From: Sminthopsis crassicaudata
Taxonomy: Eukaryota
Reading direction: 5' to 3'
Assembly (NCBI RefSeq): GCF_048593235.1
Contig: NC_133620.1
Span: forward strand, 355,227,261-355,291,260
DNA length: 64,000 nucleotides
The translations under genes and the position numbers were made by a program. Below, piece by piece: positions 62,588-64,000 of this stretch (positions are counted from its first letter, which is position 1; each line of letters starts with the position of its first letter). The notes below the pieces were generated by a model. It searched no databases. It was not told the DNA's origin and worked only from the letters and a program-made list of their open reading frames with translations.

Positions 62588-64000
62588 GTGAGTGACTCCT
62601 TTGGTGGGGATGGGAAGACATGGGTCCTGGGGTTGGGTAGTCCCTGGGAAGGGGCAAGCATGGGAGTGGGCAGGAGAGCTGACAGTCTTTCTTAGAAGGG
62701 AAGACTCACTCCTGAATTCTTCCACCTCCAGAAATTAGGACAAGCTCTAATGCAGAATTTCTAAAGTCTTTTTTTGAATTGTGTCCCCATTGGCAGTCTA
62801 ATGAAGCCTATAGATTCTTTTGCAGAATAATAGTGTGTTGCTTACATTCATAATTGGAGGAAATGTTAATTTCCAGGCAGAAGTCAGTGAAAATAAGGGT
62901 GTCGTTTTTCCCTATCCAAATTGAGGTACTCCCTAAAATCTATCCATGTATATTTTGGCAGGGTCAGGGAGAAGGTATGTGGACTCCAGGTCAAGAACTG
63001 CTCTAGAGAAAAACAAAGGACAGATAAATACAGAAACATAGACACCATTCTTAACAATTCAGACAAGCCCCAGGATAAAAAACAAAAATGAAAAGCTATG
63101 AGAGAGTGCTAATGTGACAAACATAAGCAGAGAGAAGAAAAGAGAGCCAGGGACAAATTTTGAGATCCTAAGGAGACACCCTAGAAAATAATCCTTTCTT
63201 CCTTCATTTCTGTCAAATGTACAGAAGTCTTGTCCAGGCTGGTCAGAGACATCTGACCACTGGGGTCAATTCAATTGTCATCTTCATTCTGGGATGAGAA
63301 GCCACAATGAAAAGGGGGAATGCTTCACTCTGTTCCTTAATTTTGTGATTGATTGAGCTTAAAGATTGGCAAGGGAGAGGGTCTAGATGAGGGAGGTTGG
63401 GCAGACAGGTGGGGGAAACCAGTTTCTATTCTCCTACACCCACCCAAGACAACTCTCTCCAAACAGTGCCCTGAAATACGTTAATGAGGCTAATTATCAT
63501 AATTATCAGGACAGACTCTGGGGAGAAAAATCTGCTTTGTCATCATGAATATTCATGTCCTTCATTCTGAGTAGTTTTCCCAATTGTGGCCATCCCAGAT
63601 TTCTGGTTAACCTGAGGCATGTAAGGGAGGCATGCAGGACAGGAAGGCTGGTGGGGTGAGATGTGACAGATCTTGGAGGGTGGCTAGTGGGCCAGGATAG
63701 GGAAGAAGTGGGGAAGGGAAAGAGAGGTGGAATTCTGGCATTTTTAGCTACTCCTTTCTACCCTGACAGCTGCCCTGTCCCTCATCACCCACCTGATAGT
63801 CCTGGGTCTGGTTCCATAGCTGATCTTTATGATCCCACTCAATTTAGAAATGCTATGATTGTATGATTCTGTATAGCTCCAGCCTATCTCCTCCTCCCCA
63901 GTCTAGCCCTGGGAGGGTCACTGAATTCCTGCTTTCTCCCTTCCTGTAACTTCTTCTCTGCTCCCTTTGTATTCCCTTTGATGTTGTTTCAGAGGGAGAG

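Noticed and set aside
1-64000. tRNA, rRNA, snRNA genes or CRISPR arrays
   Set aside because: None seen; tRNA-like A/B boxes all belong to SINE heads.

Overview
Mammalian genomic DNA from a marsupial, probably Australian/dasyurid-like (WSINE1-, MAR1- and marsupial L1-type repeats; species is an inference). It has four N-gaps (11825-11955, 29818-29972, 38891-39047, 52180-52351). Three plus-strand genes lie in the order known from human 17q21.33: EPN3 (all 9 coding exons, 640 aa, 942-15785), SPATA20 (16 exons, 783 aa, 29244-40993) and the first 7 coding exons of the T-type calcium channel CACNA1G (49206-62587, running off the end). Exon phases close correctly for all three. Points of interest: (1) a decayed Dong/R4-clade non-LTR retrotransposon in EPN3 intron 2, with a second copy of its endonuclease region and a (TAA)n flank; (2) six or seven RFX X-box motifs within about 315 bp of CACNA1G intron 1; (3) CACNA1G intron 1 is a U12 AT-AC intron, and the leader carries a uORF; (4) a ~115-bp EPN3 3' segment with its AATAAA is duplicated 1.3 kb downstream; (5) an ORF2-less HAL1-like L1 carries four nested L1 insertions; (6) a Tigger1-like element sits in SPATA20 intron 1; (7) a conserved C-terminal SPATA20 cysteine reads as Tyr. 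All homology calls are by-eye translation and recall, not database searches. I found no wholly new gene system.
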